Positions 20,141-32,208 of a stretch of 64,000 bases of DNA are shown piece after piece. Location: positions 2,528,001-2,592,000 of the forward strand of contig OZ244922.1 of the NCBI GenBank assembly GCA_965221905.1, written 5' to 3'. Made by a program: the position numbers and the translations under genes. The DNA is from Chloroflexota bacterium. Lineage in GTDB: Bacteria; Chloroflexota; UBA11872; VXOZ01. The stretch's first letter is position 1; each line of letters begins with the position of its first letter. The notes under the pieces were generated by a model that ran no database searches, was not told the origin of the DNA, and worked only from the letters and a program-made list of their open reading frames with translations.

Positions 20141-21474
20141 AGGACAATTGGTTGATCCGAGGAGCGCGCGTAATCGACCCGGCAAACAATCTCGATGCGG
20201 CAGCGGACGTGCTGATTCAGGCCGGCAAGATTGCATGCATCGGTGAGACGCCAACGATTGACAACATTCCCACCATTGAGGCTAGCGGGCTAGTCCTTAC
20301 GCCCGGCTTCGTAGACCTGCATTGCCATCTCCGTGAACCGGGCTTTGAGTATAAAGAGACTATTGCAACCGGCACGCGCGCTGCCGTTCGCGGCGGCTTT
20401 ACTACGGTATGCAGCATGGCAAATACCGATCCGGTGGTTGACACTCCTGCAACTGTGGCATTCATCTTGCAGCGTGCGCGGGAAGCCGCAGCCGCACGGG
20501 TCTATCCCCTGGCCGCCGTCACGCAGGGCTTTGGCGGCACGCAGCTTGTGGAAATGGCAGCACTGGCAGAGGCGGGCGCCGTCGCCTTCTCCGACGACGG
20601 TTTGCCGATAGCCGATGCCCGCATGATGCGTCATGCCCTGGAATACAGCCTCCTCGTCGACAAGCCCATTGTCAATCACTGCGAAGACCCCTCTCTCGCC
20701 CATGGGGGAGTGATGCACGAAGGATTGACCTCACTGCGCTTGGGTCTGCGTGGGATGCCGGCGGAAGCCGAAGAAACGATGGTAGCGCGGGATGCTCTGT
20801 TGGCACGGCGTACTGGCGCACACGTTCACATTGCGCACGTCTCTACGCAAGGCAGTGTGGAGATCATCCGCGCGGCCAAGCAGAGAGGCATTCGCATCAC
20901 TGCAGAAGTTACGCCCCATCACCTCACGCTGACGGATTCGCTGGTGGCCGGACCCCGGCAGCCCCAGGAAAGAGCGCAACTCGCATACGATACGAACGCA
21001 AAAGTAAATCCGCCGCTCCGCACCAGTGCTGACATCGATGCCTTGATCGAGGGGTTGAACGACGGTACGATCGACGCCATTGCCACCGACCACGCGCCGC
21101 ACAGCACTACCGATAAGCTCTGTGAGTACAGTGAAGCGGCCTCCGGCATCTCGTGCCTTGAGACAGCCTTTTCGCTGGTCTATCAGTTGGTGCAAGAGGG
21201 GCGTGTTTCGCTGCAATCGCTCGTAAGCAAACTCACCATAGAGCCATCGCGAGTCTTTGGGCTGTCGACGGGAACGCTGACTGTAGGAGCACCGGCAGAC
21301 ATCGCGGTGCTCGACCTCCACGATACGTGGACTGTTGATCCGGATACGTTCGCTTCCAAGGGCAAGAACACGCCAATTGCCGGTGCCACGCTGCCGGGGA
21401 GAGTGGCAATGACATTCGTTGACGGAAGGCTCGTAAATACGGAAGAGCCCTATAGTCAAAGAGGTGCTGAATAG
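20137..21474 (+). CDS. pyrC: Dihydroorotase
   Basis: DLHCHLREPG, EVTPHHL, KVNPPLR and ATDHAPH motifs. Confidence 0.95.
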   Translation: MKDNWLIRGARVIDPANNLDAAADVLIQAGKIACIGETPTIDNIPTIEASGLVLTPGFVDLHCHLREPGFEYKETIATGTRAAVRGGFTTVCSMANTDPVVDTPATVAFILQRAREAAAARVYPLAAVTQGFGGTQLVEMAALAEAGAVAFSDDGLPIADARMMRHALEYSLLVDKPIVNHCEDPSLAHGGVMHEGLTSLRLGLRGMPAEAEETMVARDALLARRTGAHVHIAHVSTQGSVEIIRAAKQRGIRITAEVTPHHLTLTDSLVAGPRQPQERAQLAYDTNAKVNPPLRTSADIDALIEGLNDGTIDAIATDHAPHSTTDKLCEYSEAASGISCLETAFSLVYQLVQEGRVSLQSLVSKLTIEPSRVFGLSTGTLTVGAPADIAVLDLHDTWTVDPDTFASKGKNTPIAGATLPGRVAMTFVDGRLVNTEEPYSQRGAE

Positions 21475-21476
21475 AC

Positions 21477-22682
21477 GTGCCGGAAACAGCTACACACCCC
21501 CACGCCCTGCTCGCCCTGGAAGACGGCAAGGTTTTCTTTGGCCGTGCGTTTGGTTCGCGCATCGACGCGGCTGGCGAGCTTTGCTTCAACACCAGCATGA
21601 CCGGCTACCAGGAGATCTGCACCGATCCATCCTACCGCGGGCAGATTGTCACCCTGACGTACCCGCTCATCAACAACTACGGCATCACTCCGGTCGACAT
21701 GGAATCGGTACATCCATGGCTTTCCGGGCTCGTGGTGCGTGAACTCTGTTCGCATCCCAGCAACTGGCGCGCCACGAGCGAACTGGATGAATTCCTTGCA
21801 AACAACAACATACCGGGAATTTACGGCCTGGACACGCGCGCCATTACCCAACACTTGCGCACGTTCGGCTTCAAGAGAGCCACGCTTACGGTCGTGCCGC
21901 CCGATGAATTGCCGGAGGAGGCCCAGGACTCATTCTTGTGGCTGAGCGGCCGTACCCCCGGCATCGAAGCATATGTGCAGGAGTGCATTGCTCGCGCCCA
22001 GCACATTACGCCGCTGTCAAACCACGACGTGGTGGGTGAGGTCTCAGTAAATACCGGTTCATACGCGGCCCATGCACCTTGGGAACCGTGGCCGCTACCC
22101 CAACAGCACGCCGCCCAAAAACGACTCATCCTCATCGACACCGGCGCCAAGCACAACATTGCGCATTCGCTCACCAGTCGGGGCGCGGAGGTCACTTGGA
22201 TGCCGTACGGCGCCTCATATGAAGAGATTCGAGACCTGGCGCCGGATGGGATCGTAGTCTGCAATGGACCGGGGGATCCGGATGTCGGCGCGGTCGCGGC
22301 GACCGTCGCAACCACGGCAAAACTCATGCAACGCTATCCCATGCTGGGCATCTGCCTGGGACATCAGATCATGGCGCTCGCTGCCGGCGCACAGACGAGC
22401 CGCCTCAAGTTTGGGCACCGCGGCGCCAACCACCCGGTGCAAGACCTGGCCAGCGGCAAGGTGCACATTACCACGCAAAACCATGGATTTCAGGTTGATG
22501 CGCGCAGCATACCGTCAAAGAGCGGCTTCCACGTGAGTCACAGCAGTCTCAATGACGGTTCGGTTGAAGGACTCCGCCACCAGGACTTACCGGTATTCAG
22601 CGTTCAGTACCATCCCGAGGCCTGCCCCGGCCCACAGGACAACCAATACATCTTTGACGAATTTCTGAAGCTCATTCCATGA
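21477..22682 (+). CDS. carA: Carbamoyl-phosphate synthase small subunit
   Basis: [23 protein letters not shown] and QYHPE motifs. Confidence 0.96.
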   Translation: MPETATHPHALLALEDGKVFFGRAFGSRIDAAGELCFNTSMTGYQEICTDPSYRGQIVTLTYPLINNYGITPVDMESVHPWLSGLVVRELCSHPSNWRATSELDEFLANNNIPGIYGLDTRAITQHLRTFGFKRATLTVVPPDELPEEAQDSFLWLSGRTPGIEAYVQECIARAQHITPLSNHDVVGEVSVNTGSYAAHAPWEPWPLPQQHAAQKRLILIDTGAKHNIAHSLTSRGAEVTWMPYGASYEEIRDLAPDGIVVCNGPGDPDVGAVAATVATTAKLMQRYPMLGICLGHQIMALAAGAQTSRLKFGHRGANHPVQDLASGKVHITTQNHGFQVDARSIPSKSGFHVSHSSLNDGSVEGLRHQDLPVFSVQYHPEACPGPQDNQYIFDEFLKLIP

Positions 22683-25600
22683 CGAACAAACCATCTAAGG
22701 TCCTCATTGTCGGATCGGGCCCGATAATTATCGGCCAGGCCGCTGAGTTTGACTACGCCGGAACGCAAGCGTGCAAAGCCATGCGCGAAGAAGGCGTGAC
22801 CTCTATCCTCGTCAACTCCAATCCCGCCACCATCATGACGGATGAGGAAATCGCCGACGTCGTCTACATCGAACCGCTCACGGTACCTGTCATCGAGCGC
22901 ATCATTGCGCATGAGCGGCCGGACGGACTCATTCCTACCCTCGGCGGGCAGACCGGCTTGAATTTGGCTGTAGCCCTCGCCGAAGCGGGTGTGCTCGCAA
23001 AGTACGATGTTCGGCTGCTGGGTACGCCTCTTTCAGCGATACAGAAGGCGGAAGACCGCGAACTCTTTCGGCAAACCATGAATCAGATAGGCGAACCAAT
23101 CCCCGCCAGCAGGACTGTCCACTCGGTGGAAGATGCGGAAGCGTTCGCGGAAACCATCGGACTGCCGGTCGTCATTCGGCCCGCCTATACCCTCGGCGGT
23201 ACCGGCGGCGGCATCGCACACACGCCGGCTGAGGTGCGCACGGTGGTAGCGAGCGGCCTCTCCGCTAGTCCCATCAATCAGGTACTCGTGGAAGAGTACT
23301 TACTCGGCTGGAAAGAGATCGAGTATGAAGTCATGCGCGATAGCGCCGACAACTGCATCACCGTGTGCAACATGGAAAACATCGACCCCATGGGCGTGCA
23401 TACCGGAGATTCAATCGTGGTCGCTCCCAGCCAGACTCTCAGCGATCGTGAGTACCAGATGCTCCGCACCGCGTCTCTCAACATCATTCGGTCGCTGGGC
23501 ATCGAAGGCGGCTGCAACGTGCAGTTGGCGTTAGACCCCCATTCATTTGCCTATCGCGTCATAGAAGTTAATCCCCGGGTTAGTCGCTCTTCCGCTCTGG
23601 CCTCGAAAGCGACCGGCTACCCGATAGCGCGCATGGCAGCCAAGATCGCCATCGGTCGCACCCTCGACGAATTGCCGAATCCCATCACGAAGAGAACTAC
23701 GGCCGCCTTCGAGCCGGCCTTGGACTATGTCGTAGTGAAAATCCCACGCTGGCCGTTCGATAAGTTTCCTTCGGGCGACCGCGTGCTGGGTACGCAGATG
23801 AAGTCCACCGGTGAAGTAATGGCGATTGACCGCTCATTGGAAGCAGCTCTGCAGAAGGCGGTGCGGGGACTTGAAATCGGTGATCGCAGCCTGATGTGGG
23901 AAGATGAGCAGTGGCAAAAAGACCCTTCAGCCGTCTGGCTGCACATAACCGTGGCCAGTGATCTCCGACTGTGGGCTGTCATGAGCGCGCTCCGGCGGGG
24001 GACTAGCGTTAAGGAAATCTCGCGCCGCTCCCATATCGACCCGTTCTTTGTAGAAAAGCTCGCAGCCATTCGCGACATGGAGCAGCGCCTCCTCGCTGAA
24101 TCGCTGACACCCGGATTGCTTTGGGAAGCAAAGCGCTTGGGGTTCGACGATTCCCAGATCGGCACCTTGGCCGACGTGCTCCCCACCCGCGTACGCGAAA
24201 TGCGCAAGCAGTGGGGCATCGTGCCGGTATACAAGATGGTGGACACCTGCGCCGCCGAATTCGAAGCACAGACGCCGTATTTCTACAGCACGTACGAACT
24301 CGAGAATGATGCGCCTTCCTTGACCGCGGAACGAGCTGCCGTGGTTGGGTCCGGGCCGATCCGCATCGGCCAGGGCATCGAGTTCGACTATTGCTCCGTG
24401 CATGCGGCGTGGGCACTCGCTAGTGCAGGTGTGCAAAGCATTATGATTAATAGCAATCCGGAGACTGTGTCCACGGACTTCGACACCTCCGATAGACTCT
24501 ACTTTGAGCCGCTCGATATCGAAAGTGTCCTGAACGTTCTCGATAACGAGGGCGTACCGCCCACCATCGTGCAGTTTGGCGGTCAGACCGCCATCAACCT
24601 TGCCGAACCACTCACCCTAGAAAACGTCTCACTCGCGGGAAGCGGCGTCTCCGCGATTGATCTCGCCGAAGACCGACGAAAGTTCGAGGCATTCTTGGAT
24701 CGGCTCGGCATTCCCCAACCGCCCGGTGCGACCGTGACAAACGTAGATGATGCTCTCTCCATCGCTTCGAATGTCGGCTACCCTGTGCTCGTGCGACCTT
24801 CATACGTTCTTGGCGGTCGGGCGATGGAAATCGTGAATACACCGGAAGACCTCAAGACGTACGTGGCAACTGCCGTACAGCTCTCTACGCGCCATCCCGT
24901 GCTGGTTGACAAGTATCTCCAGGGCAAGGAAGTAGAAGTCGATGCTATATGTGATGGGAAGGAAGTGCTCATTCCCGGCATCATGGAGCACATCGAGCGT
25001 GCAGGCGTACACTCCGGCGATAGTTTTGCGGTCTACCCGCCCCGCGACCTGCACGAGCGGATCGAACAGACTATCGTGGACTACACGACGCGCATCTGCC
25101 TGGAGTTAGGAGTATTGGGTCTGGTCAACATCCAATTCGTGATCTTTCAAGATGAAATCTTTGTGCTGGAGGTAAACCCGCGGTCAAGCCGCACGGTGCC
25201 GTTCTTAAGTAAAGTGACGGCCGTGCCAATGGTGCGCCTCGCAACGTTGACCATGCTTGGAAAGTCGCTCGCTGAAATGGGCTACGCTGGCGGTCTATGG
25301 CCGAAGCAACCACTCGTCGCGGTGAAAGCTCCGGTCTTCAGCATGGCGAAACTGCGCGGTGTGGAAACGTCAGTCGGGCCGGAGATGAAGTCTACCGGCG
25401 AGGTTATGGGAGTGGACGTAACGTTCGAGGCAGCGCTCTATAAGGCTATGGTAGCTTCGGGACTCAGCGTCCCTGCGGGCGGCACGTTCCTGCTCTCCAT
25501 TGCCGACGCCGACAAGGACGCCATCCGTCCTATCGTGCGCCAGCTTGCTGCCGCGGGGTTCAAGTTCATGGCTACCGAGGGCACTGCCGCCATGTTGGAG

Positions 25601-25879
25601 TCTATGGGCGTTCCTGTGCGCATGATCAGCAAGCGCCTGCAAGGCACCCTCAACGTGGTTTCCGTGATCCAAGACGGCGATGTGCAAGCCGTCATCAACT
25701 CCCTCACCGGCGGCCGATCCGTCCTGCAAGACGGTTTCTACATCCGCCGCGCGGCAGTTGAGCGCCAGATTCCCTGTCTTACATCCCTTGATACTTCCCG
25801 CGCCCTGGCCACCGCGCTTTCGTTGCAACAGGATGCGTATCAAGTGCGGCCCTTGTGGGCGTACCGCGATCAGCGCTGA
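22679..25879 (+). CDS. carB: Carbamoyl-phosphate synthase large subunit
   Basis: [17 protein letters not shown], duplicated ATP-grasp domains, [10 protein letters not shown] and MGS-like C-terminus. Confidence 0.97.
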   Translation: MTNKPSKVLIVGSGPIIIGQAAEFDYAGTQACKAMREEGVTSILVNSNPATIMTDEEIADVVYIEPLTVPVIERIIAHERPDGLIPTLGGQTGLNLAVALAEAGVLAKYDVRLLGTPLSAIQKAEDRELFRQTMNQIGEPIPASRTVHSVEDAEAFAETIGLPVVIRPAYTLGGTGGGIAHTPAEVRTVVASGLSASPINQVLVEEYLLGWKEIEYEVMRDSADNCITVCNMENIDPMGVHTGDSIVVAPSQTLSDREYQMLRTASLNIIRSLGIEGGCNVQLALDPHSFAYRVIEVNPRVSRSSALASKATGYPIARMAAKIAIGRTLDELPNPITKRTTAAFEPALDYVVVKIPRWPFDKFPSGDRVLGTQMKSTGEVMAIDRSLEAALQKAVRGLEIGDRSLMWEDEQWQKDPSAVWLHITVASDLRLWAVMSALRRGTSVKEISRRSHIDPFFVEKLAAIRDMEQRLLAESLTPGLLWEAKRLGFDDSQIGTLADVLPTRVREMRKQWGIVPVYKMVDTCAAEFEAQTPYFYSTYELENDAPSLTAERAAVVGSGPIRIGQGIEFDYCSVHAAWALASAGVQSIMINSNPETVSTDFDTSDRLYFEPLDIESVLNVLDNEGVPPTIVQFGGQTAINLAEPLTLENVSLAGSGVSAIDLAEDRRKFEAFLDRLGIPQPPGATVTNVDDALSIASNVGYPVLVRPSYVLGGRAMEIVNTPEDLKTYVATAVQLSTRHPVLVDKYLQGKEVEVDAICDGKEVLIPGIMEHIERAGVHSGDSFAVYPPRDLHERIEQTIVDYTTRICLELGVLGLVNIQFVIFQDEIFVLEVNPRSSRTVPFLSKVTAVPMVRLATLTMLGKSLAEMGYAGGLWPKQPLVAVKAPVFSMAKLRGVETSVGPEMKSTGEVMGVDVTFEAALYKAMVASGLSVPAGGTFLLSIADADKDAIRPIVRQLAAAGFKFMATEGTAAMLESMGVPVRMISKRLQGTLNVVSVIQDGDVQAVINSLTGGRSVLQDGFYIRRAAVERQIPCLTSLDTSRALATALSLQQDAYQVRPLWAYRDQR

Positions 25880-25904
25880 GCGGAGCGTTAGGAATACGAT
25901 AGCC

Positions 25905-26723
25905 ATGAGCGTCGTCCAAGAGCAGGCAACGATTATCTCTAACGAGCCCGTGGCTGACGGGCTTTACATTCTCCGGCTGCATTCACCGCAAATTGCGGCC
26001 CAGTGCCGGCCCGCGCAATTCGTACACATGCGCTGCGGCGATGGCATAGACCCGCTGTTGCTCCGCCCATTTAGCATGTTGACCGCCGACCGCGAAGCGG
26101 GGACGCTCGACATCCTCTATCAGGTGGTGGGACGGGGCACGGATATCCTAGTGAACCGGCGGGCCGGAGAAGAGATCTTGCAGCTTGGGCCGCTGGGAAA
26201 GACCTTCACAACTCCCTCCAATCCATCCAATCTCCTGATGGTAGGCGGCGGTATCGGCATTGCCCCGCTGGTCTACTTAGCGGAAACGATGATTCCGAAA
26301 GGATACACGGTTACGTTGCTGGCGGGCGCCCGCACGGCCGCACGCCACCTACCTGCCGAACGTGTGCCTCCCGAAGTGGAGTATGTGCTGGCAACCGACG
26401 ACGGTTCGGCAGGCTATCACGGGCCGGTGACTAATCTGATTGCCGAATACTATCTGTGGAGCGACGCCATCTACGTCTGCGGCCCGTGGCCGATGCTCAC
26501 CGCCATAGACGCTGCCTACCAGGCCGGAACCTGGGGCTGGCACAGCAAGAAACCGATTCAGGTCTCCCTGGAGAACCAGATGGGTTGCGCGATGGGTGTC
26601 TGCCTCGGCTGCGTTGTTACCACGCCGCAAGGCTACCAACGCGTCTGCCGCGACGGACCGGTATTCGCATTGGGAGAACTGCACCAAGAATTCGCTTCCC
26701 GCTCCGCACAGAGTGTCTTGTAG
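25905..26723 (+). CDS. pyrK: Dihydroorotate dehydrogenase electron transfer subunit
   Basis: LLRPFS, GGGIGIAP, CGP and MGCAMGVCLGC...VCRDGPVF (2Fe-2S) motifs. Confidence 0.9.
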   Translation: MSVVQEQATIISNEPVADGLYILRLHSPQIAAQCRPAQFVHMRCGDGIDPLLLRPFSMLTADREAGTLDILYQVVGRGTDILVNRRAGEEILQLGPLGKTFTTPSNPSNLLMVGGGIGIAPLVYLAETMIPKGYTVTLLAGARTAARHLPAERVPPEVEYVLATDDGSAGYHGPVTNLIAEYYLWSDAIYVCGPWPMLTAIDAAYQAGTWGWHSKKPIQVSLENQMGCAMGVCLGCVVTTPQGYQRVCRDGPVFALGELHQEFASRSAQSVL

Positions 26724-27019
26724 GCCGAAAACGTAGCATTTAGGCTTCTTGCCACAGTGTTCGCAGTGCATCACACACTCATATGACACTGCGGCGATCA
26801 TCTTATGTCAATAATGAAACGCCACTACTCCCGGAACCACAAGTGCCATACTCGCTTGTCGCCAACCCAAGAGCTGACTACCTTCAAACAGCCGCCGTGG
26901 ACGTGCGTAGAGCGATTGCGCCCCAAATCGGAACTCTCTGCTACAAGCATCGCTAGCGTGGTTCTACCCAAGGCCGGCAAGCTCGCGGGAGCGGCACTGT
27001 CGGACCCCGTGGCAAGAAA

Positions 27020-28123
27020 CTACGGCGAGAACTTCAAGCAAACCGGTGTCGGCACAGTGGCTACGTGTCCGGTGGGCTCAAGCTCTCCGGTTTCAAGGAC
27101 TATGCGGAACGTGACGATAGTGTCAGTATCCTGATTTGCCGCGAGCAAGAAGGTACCCGTGGGATCGATCACAAAATTGCGCGGCGCCTCGCCCAGCGTA
27201 GATTGATGCCCAACCAGAGTGAGTGTGCCATCTGCTTCGTCAATGCCATAGATGACAATGCTGTCGTGCCCGCGATTCGAGCCGTACACGAACTTTCCTG
27301 AGGGGTGAACGTGTATGTCGGCAGTGTGGCTGGTTTCCCCAAAGTCCGGCGGCAACGTAGGAATAGTCTGCAACTCTTCCAAGACGCCCCGACTTAGGTC
27401 GTAGGCAAAGACCGTAACCGTGTTGCCGATCTCATTGATGACATAGACAACGCGGCCGTTGGGATGGAAGTCAAGATGGCGGGGCCCGGCGCCGGGATGC
27501 ACGGTAGCAAAGGCCGGGTCATTTGGCGGCAATTTCCCATGTTCGAGATCAAGCCGGTAGACAAGCACCTGATCGAGACCGAGATCGCACGCCAGCGCGT
27601 ACTTGTTAGCGGGATCGGGCGTGAAGGAATGACCGTGCGGCTCTCCTTGACGATCCGGGTTAACGCTGGACCCTTCATGCTGCGCCCAGTCCGTCGGAGG
27701 ACCCAAGCTCCCGTCTTCCGCAATCGGCAGCATGGCCACGCTGCCACCCAGATAGTTTGCGGTGATCACATATCGGCCCGTCTGCTCCACGCTCACGTGA
27801 CAGGGCCCTGGCCCCTGCGACGGCTGCCGGTTGAGAAATGTAAGTGCGCCCGTAGTCCGGTCCACCGCAAATGCGCTCACTGTCCCGCCGGCACGCCCGT
27901 CTATTTCCGGAACCGCATTCACCGCATAGAGGAATGGACGCTCCGGGTGCAAGGTGAGGAATGACGGATTCGGCACGTCGGGGACTGTGTGCACCAACTC
28001 CACGGCGCCGGTAGTCATTTCCATCCGGCAAACGTAGATTCCCTCTGCCCCGCCGCCGTGATCGTCAACGCCGGTAAACGTTCCTACATAGATGAATCTG
28101 GTATCCACAGACTGTGCATTCAT
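27020..28123 (-). CDS. pgl: 6-phosphogluconolactonase (lactonase beta-propeller)
   Basis: NPSFL, ANY, GAGPRH, SNRGHDSI, PRNF and ANQD motifs. Confidence 0.9.
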   Translation of the reverse strand: MNAQSVDTRFIYVGTFTGVDDHGGGAEGIYVCRMEMTTGAVELVHTVPDVPNPSFLTLHPERPFLYAVNAVPEIDGRAGGTVSAFAVDRTTGALTFLNRQPSQGPGPCHVSVEQTGRYVITANYLGGSVAMLPIAEDGSLGPPTDWAQHEGSSVNPDRQGEPHGHSFTPDPANKYALACDLGLDQVLVYRLDLEHGKLPPNDPAFATVHPGAGPRHLDFHPNGRVVYVINEIGNTVTVFAYDLSRGVLEELQTIPTLPPDFGETSHTADIHVHPSGKFVYGSNRGHDSIVIYGIDEADGTLTLVGHQSTLGEAPRNFVIDPTGTFLLAANQDTDTIVTFRIVLETGELEPTGHVATVPTPVCLKFSP

Positions 28124-28238
28124 CAAGGCCACCTCGTTCTGTATTCAGTGATTGCTATTACTCTTACCTAATTGTTAGCCTAACGTTTCACACAACGCAG
28201 GCGCAAAGGATGCAAGGCCGTTTAGGCACTCCATTGGA

Positions 28239-29150
28239 CTACGCTCGCAAGATAGCCTGAAGGGCGCCCGCAACAGTGGGGTAGCGGAATTCGAAACCGG
28301 CATCCGACAATTGCACAGGCAGTGCCCGCTGACCGTGCAGAACTATGTCCGCCATTTCGCCCATGGCAAGGCGAAGGGCCCAGGGTGGCACGCGGAATAG
28401 CGCAGGTCTCCCTAGCGTCTGTCCGATCGTGCCGGCAAATGCGGCAAACTGCACCGGATTGGGCGCGCACACGTTCACGGGCCCCGAGACATGGTCATGT
28501 GTTATGAGGAATTCGATCGCCCGTACCGTGTCTTCGATATGTATCCAGGGCACCCACTGCTTACCCGTGCCCAAGGCGCCGCCCGCGAAGAGGCGAAATG
28601 GCAGAACCACGCGCGGCAACATGCCGCCATCTTTACTCAGGGAGACACCCATGCGTAACAACACGCGCCGGGTTGCGTCATTCTCGACTGGCGCTGAAGC
28701 GTGCTCCCACTCTTGAGACACGTCGGCGAGAAAATCGGTGCCCGGTCCATGTTGTTCGTCCACCTCCTCGTCGTCGGTATTCCCGTAGTAGCCCACTGCG
28801 GACGCCTGCAGGAGCACGGCCGGCTTCTGCGATGCAGCGTGGATGGCGGCTACGACCCCGTTGGTAGACTGTATCCGGCTATCACGCAGTTTTCGTTTCT
28901 GCGCATACGTCCAGCGCCTACTTGCGATGCTCTCCCCGGCGAGGTTTACTACAGCGTGCGCACCGTCTGCCAATTCCGCCCAACCTTCGCTGCTGCTGCC
29001 GTCCCAATATGCAGCGTCTGCGCCTTCAGGCAGCCCCGCAACCTGGTACGGACGCCGGCTCAAGACCACAACCGCATATCCCTTCGCGCAAAGATGGTGG
29101 GTCAGAGCGCGACCGATCAGTCCGCTACCACCGGCGATGATTACTCGCAT
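28239..29150 (-). CDS. TIGR01777/YfcH family NAD-dependent epimerase
   Basis: GGSGLIG, VNLAGE, ASAVGYYG, GKQWVPWIH and GFEFRYP motifs. Confidence 0.9.
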   Translation of the reverse strand: MRVIIAGGSGLIGRALTHHLCAKGYAVVVLSRRPYQVAGLPEGADAAYWDGSSSEGWAELADGAHAVVNLAGESIASRRWTYAQKRKLRDSRIQSTNGVVAAIHAASQKPAVLLQASAVGYYGNTDDEEVDEQHGPGTDFLADVSQEWEHASAPVENDATRRVLLRMGVSLSKDGGMLPRVVLPFRLFAGGALGTGKQWVPWIHIEDTVRAIEFLITHDHVSGPVNVCAPNPVQFAAFAGTIGQTLGRPALFRVPPWALRLAMGEMADIVLHGQRALPVQLSDAGFEFRYPTVAGALQAILRA

Positions 29151-29226
29151 TTGGCTCCCTCCGCCTTTTGTCTTACCCACGTGCTAGCTATTTTAATCAA
29201 GGGCTTTTCTTCCCGCCGTTAGTGGC

Positions 29227-30207
29227 ATGCAAGCACCTACCTCATTGAGGAGAGTACCCAAATTTGCTATAATACATAAAGTGAAAGACCAGCGCACACT
29301 CAGGCCAATTGAAGCCCTGGCCGAATCCGGTTCCCTACTCAATCGGCGTATCTGGCTCATCTTGCTGCCGATCGGGTTAGACTTGCTCATCTGGTTGGCG
29401 CCGCGCGTCATTCTCGGGGAAGAGCTATTTCCGTTGGCAGAAGGATCAACCTCTGCTTTCGATGAGGGAACAGACACAGAAGACCTTACCATCTTCTCGC
29501 TTCTTCGGCAGTCAAACCTACTCTCGCTCGTTATAGGAGTTTGGGTACCCTCGCTAGGGGTTTCCGCATCGGGCGACGAGACGGGCGCAATTGTAGTCCT
29601 AAAGTCGCTCCCGCAGCTCCTGATGGCATTGGCGTTGCTACTCCCATTGAGCTTCATTGTGGGTAGCACCTACCTGGCGCTGATTGCATCAGAAATGCAG
29701 CAGCGCACGTCTACGTGGGAGGTCCTTGTTCCCCGAGTCTTGCGGTTGGCCATGCGGCTCGGAGGGCTTGTCGGCATAATGCTCGTGGTAACTGTGGTTC
29801 CATTCGCCATTGCAAGTTTGTTCTTATCGATTGTTCCTCTACTCGGATTCTTGTTGTTCTTACTAGCATTGATATTGTTGATGTGGGTTGCGTTCTATGC
29901 CTTCTTCATAGTGGATAGTCTAGCGCTTGTGCGCCAGAGTTTGCCCAAGGTAATCCGGCTAACGCTGGACCTCATTCACAGCAACCCATGGCCTGCTGTC
30001 GGTTTCTTCTCCCTTTACTGGCTTATAGTAATCGGCACCAGCCTCATATGGAGCGTACTGCTTGACTTGGAGATTCTGAATGTTGGCATTGGAAGAATTA
30101 TCGCATCTATTGGCAACGCTTATGTTGGCACATGGGTGACGATTGCTATGTTCATGTACGTTTGGAACCGTTTACTCATTCACCAAGAGGATACCACCGC
30201 CGCTTAG
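29227..30207 (+). CDS. Hypothetical integral membrane protein (about 6-7 TM helices)
   Basis: Long ORF with many hydrophobic segments filling the gap before gyrB. Start uncertain. Confidence 0.7.
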   Translation: MQAPTSLRRVPKFAIIHKVKDQRTLRPIEALAESGSLLNRRIWLILLPIGLDLLIWLAPRVILGEELFPLAEGSTSAFDEGTDTEDLTIFSLLRQSNLLSLVIGVWVPSLGVSASGDETGAIVVLKSLPQLLMALALLLPLSFIVGSTYLALIASEMQQRTSTWEVLVPRVLRLAMRLGGLVGIMLVVTVVPFAIASLFLSIVPLLGFLLFLLALILLMWVAFYAFFIVDSLALVRQSLPKVIRLTLDLIHSNPWPAVGFFSLYWLIVIGTSLIWSVLLDLEILNVGIGRIIASIGNAYVGTWVTIAMFMYVWNRLLIHQEDTTAA

Positions 30208-30240
30208 CAGTCTAAACCGCCTTTTCAAGAAGGGAACTAT

Positions 30241-32208
30241 ATGGCCAAGACAACTATACAAGACGACAGCAACGCTGCAACTATAGTTGCCGAAGCAGAA
30301 TCGACCGCTGCAGCCTTGAATGACTATACCGCTGCCGACATCCAGGTTCTCGAGGGTCTGGAGCCTGTGCGAACCCGTCCCGGCATGTTCATCGGCAGTA
30401 CAGACGTGCGAGGGCTCCACCATCTTGTGTTCGAGGTTGTGGATAACAGTGTGGATGAAGCGCTCGCCGGCCTTTGTGACCGCATCGTCGTAACCATTCA
30501 TGAGGATTGCAGCGTTACTATCGAAGACAATGGCCGCGGGATTCCGGTTGACGTGCACGAAAAGACCGGTGTATCTGCCTTGGAGACCGTGCTCACGCGG
30601 CTGCACGCCGGCGGCAAGTTTGGCGGCAAGAGCTACAAAGTCTCCGGCGGCCTCCACGGTGTCGGCGTTTCTATTGTCAATGCACTATCGATAAAACTCG
30701 TCGCCACCATTTATCAAGCGCCTTACGTCTACCAACAAGAGTACCGCAGCGGCGCGCCCCTCGGCAAAGTAGAGCGGATCGGCAAGTCTGATCGAAATGG
30801 TACCACTATCCACTTTCTCCCTGATTCCACGATCATGGAGACGCTTGACTATGAGTTCAATACGCTGGCACAGCGTTTCCGTGAGATCGCCTATCTCTGT
30901 CCCGCCCTTCGTATCGAGTTCCGCGATGAACGGACTGCTCGCGAACTAACGTTCTACTTTGAGAGCGGGATCCGCGCCTTTGTTCATCAAATGAATCGGC
31001 GCAAGACGATCATCAATAACGAGGGGATATTCTTTGCTGGGGAAGCAGACTCGCTGCAGCTCGAAGCGGCGCTGCAGTACACCCAGAGTTTTGACGAACG
31101 CATCTATGCCTTTGCAAATACTATCAACAACGTGGACGGCGGCACGCACCTGACCGGGTTCCGCTCAGCTCTGACCCGCACATTGAACGACTACGCCCGC
31201 AAGCAGAACCTCATCAAGGAGAAAGATCTCTCCCTCACCGGCGACGACGTGCGCACCGGACTGACTGCGGTTATCAGTGTGCGGCTCACTAACCCGCAAT
31301 TTGAGGGGCAGACCAAGGCCAAACTCGGCAATTCCGAAGTGCGGCGCTTTGTAGAAACGACTGTCAATCAGAAACTCGGCCAATATCTGGAAGAACATCC
31401 CAGCGAAGGCAAGTCCATCATTGAAAAGTGCCTGAATGCAGCCCGCGGGCGCATAGCAGCGCAGAAGGCCCGGGACATGGTGGCACGCAAAGGCTACCTG
31501 GATGTCTCCACACTGCCGGGCAAACTTGCGGACTGCACGGAACGAAGTATGGAAAACGCCGAAATCTTTGTCGTGGAGGGCGATTCTGCCGGCGGCAACG
31601 CTAAGCAGGGGCGTGAACGGCGCTTCCAGGCAATCCTCCCGCTGCGAGGCAAGATCCTCAATGCGGAGCGCACCAGCCTTGACCGTATGCTCTCAAATGC
31701 CGAGATTCGCGCGCTGGTGACAGCACTGGGCACGAACATTGGCGAGACCTTCGATATCACCAAACTGCGGTACGGCAAAGTCATCATCATGACGGACGCC
31801 GACGTTGACGGCGCCCATATCCGCACGCTTCTTCTCACGTTCTTCTTCCGGTACATGCGCGAGATTATTACGAATCAGCGGCTCTATGTTGCCCAAGCCC
31901 CGCTCTATCGCGTGGCCCGCAATCGTGATGTTCACTACGCCTGGGACGACTCCGAACGCGACAGTATTCTCAAGCAGTTTAATCGAACCAACGTCGCAGT
32001 CCAGAGGTACAAGGGCCTCGGCGAAATGAACGCCGATCAGCTTTGGGAAACGACCATGGATCCGGCGCGCCGCAAGCTCTTGCGGATTGTGCTGGAAGAC
32101 GAGGCTGCCGTCAGCTTGGTATTCGACCGGCTCATGGGAGATGATCCGCAGGCGCGCAAGCGCTTTATCCAGGCGCACGCCAAAGAAGTCCAACATCTCG
32201 ACGTTTAG
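30241..32208 (+). CDS. gyrB: Type IIA topoisomerase subunit B (GyrB, or ParE-like paralog)
   Basis: EVVDNSVDE, GGLHGVG, EGDSA, PLRGK, MTDADVDG and RYKGLGEM motifs. Confidence 0.9.
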   Translation: MAKTTIQDDSNAATIVAEAESTAAALNDYTAADIQVLEGLEPVRTRPGMFIGSTDVRGLHHLVFEVVDNSVDEALAGLCDRIVVTIHEDCSVTIEDNGRGIPVDVHEKTGVSALETVLTRLHAGGKFGGKSYKVSGGLHGVGVSIVNALSIKLVATIYQAPYVYQQEYRSGAPLGKVERIGKSDRNGTTIHFLPDSTIMETLDYEFNTLAQRFREIAYLCPALRIEFRDERTARELTFYFESGIRAFVHQMNRRKTIINNEGIFFAGEADSLQLEAALQYTQSFDERIYAFANTINNVDGGTHLTGFRSALTRTLNDYARKQNLIKEKDLSLTGDDVRTGLTAVISVRLTNPQFEGQTKAKLGNSEVRRFVETTVNQKLGQYLEEHPSEGKSIIEKCLNAARGRIAAQKARDMVARKGYLDVSTLPGKLADCTERSMENAEIFVVEGDSAGGNAKQGRERRFQAILPLRGKILNAERTSLDRMLSNAEIRALVTALGTNIGETFDITKLRYGKVIIMTDADVDGAHIRTLLLTFFFRYMREIITNQRLYVAQAPLYRVARNRDVHYAWDDSERDSILKQFNRTNVAVQRYKGLGEMNADQLWETTMDPARRKLLRIVLEDEAAVSLVFDRLMGDDPQARKRFIQAHAKEVQHLDV

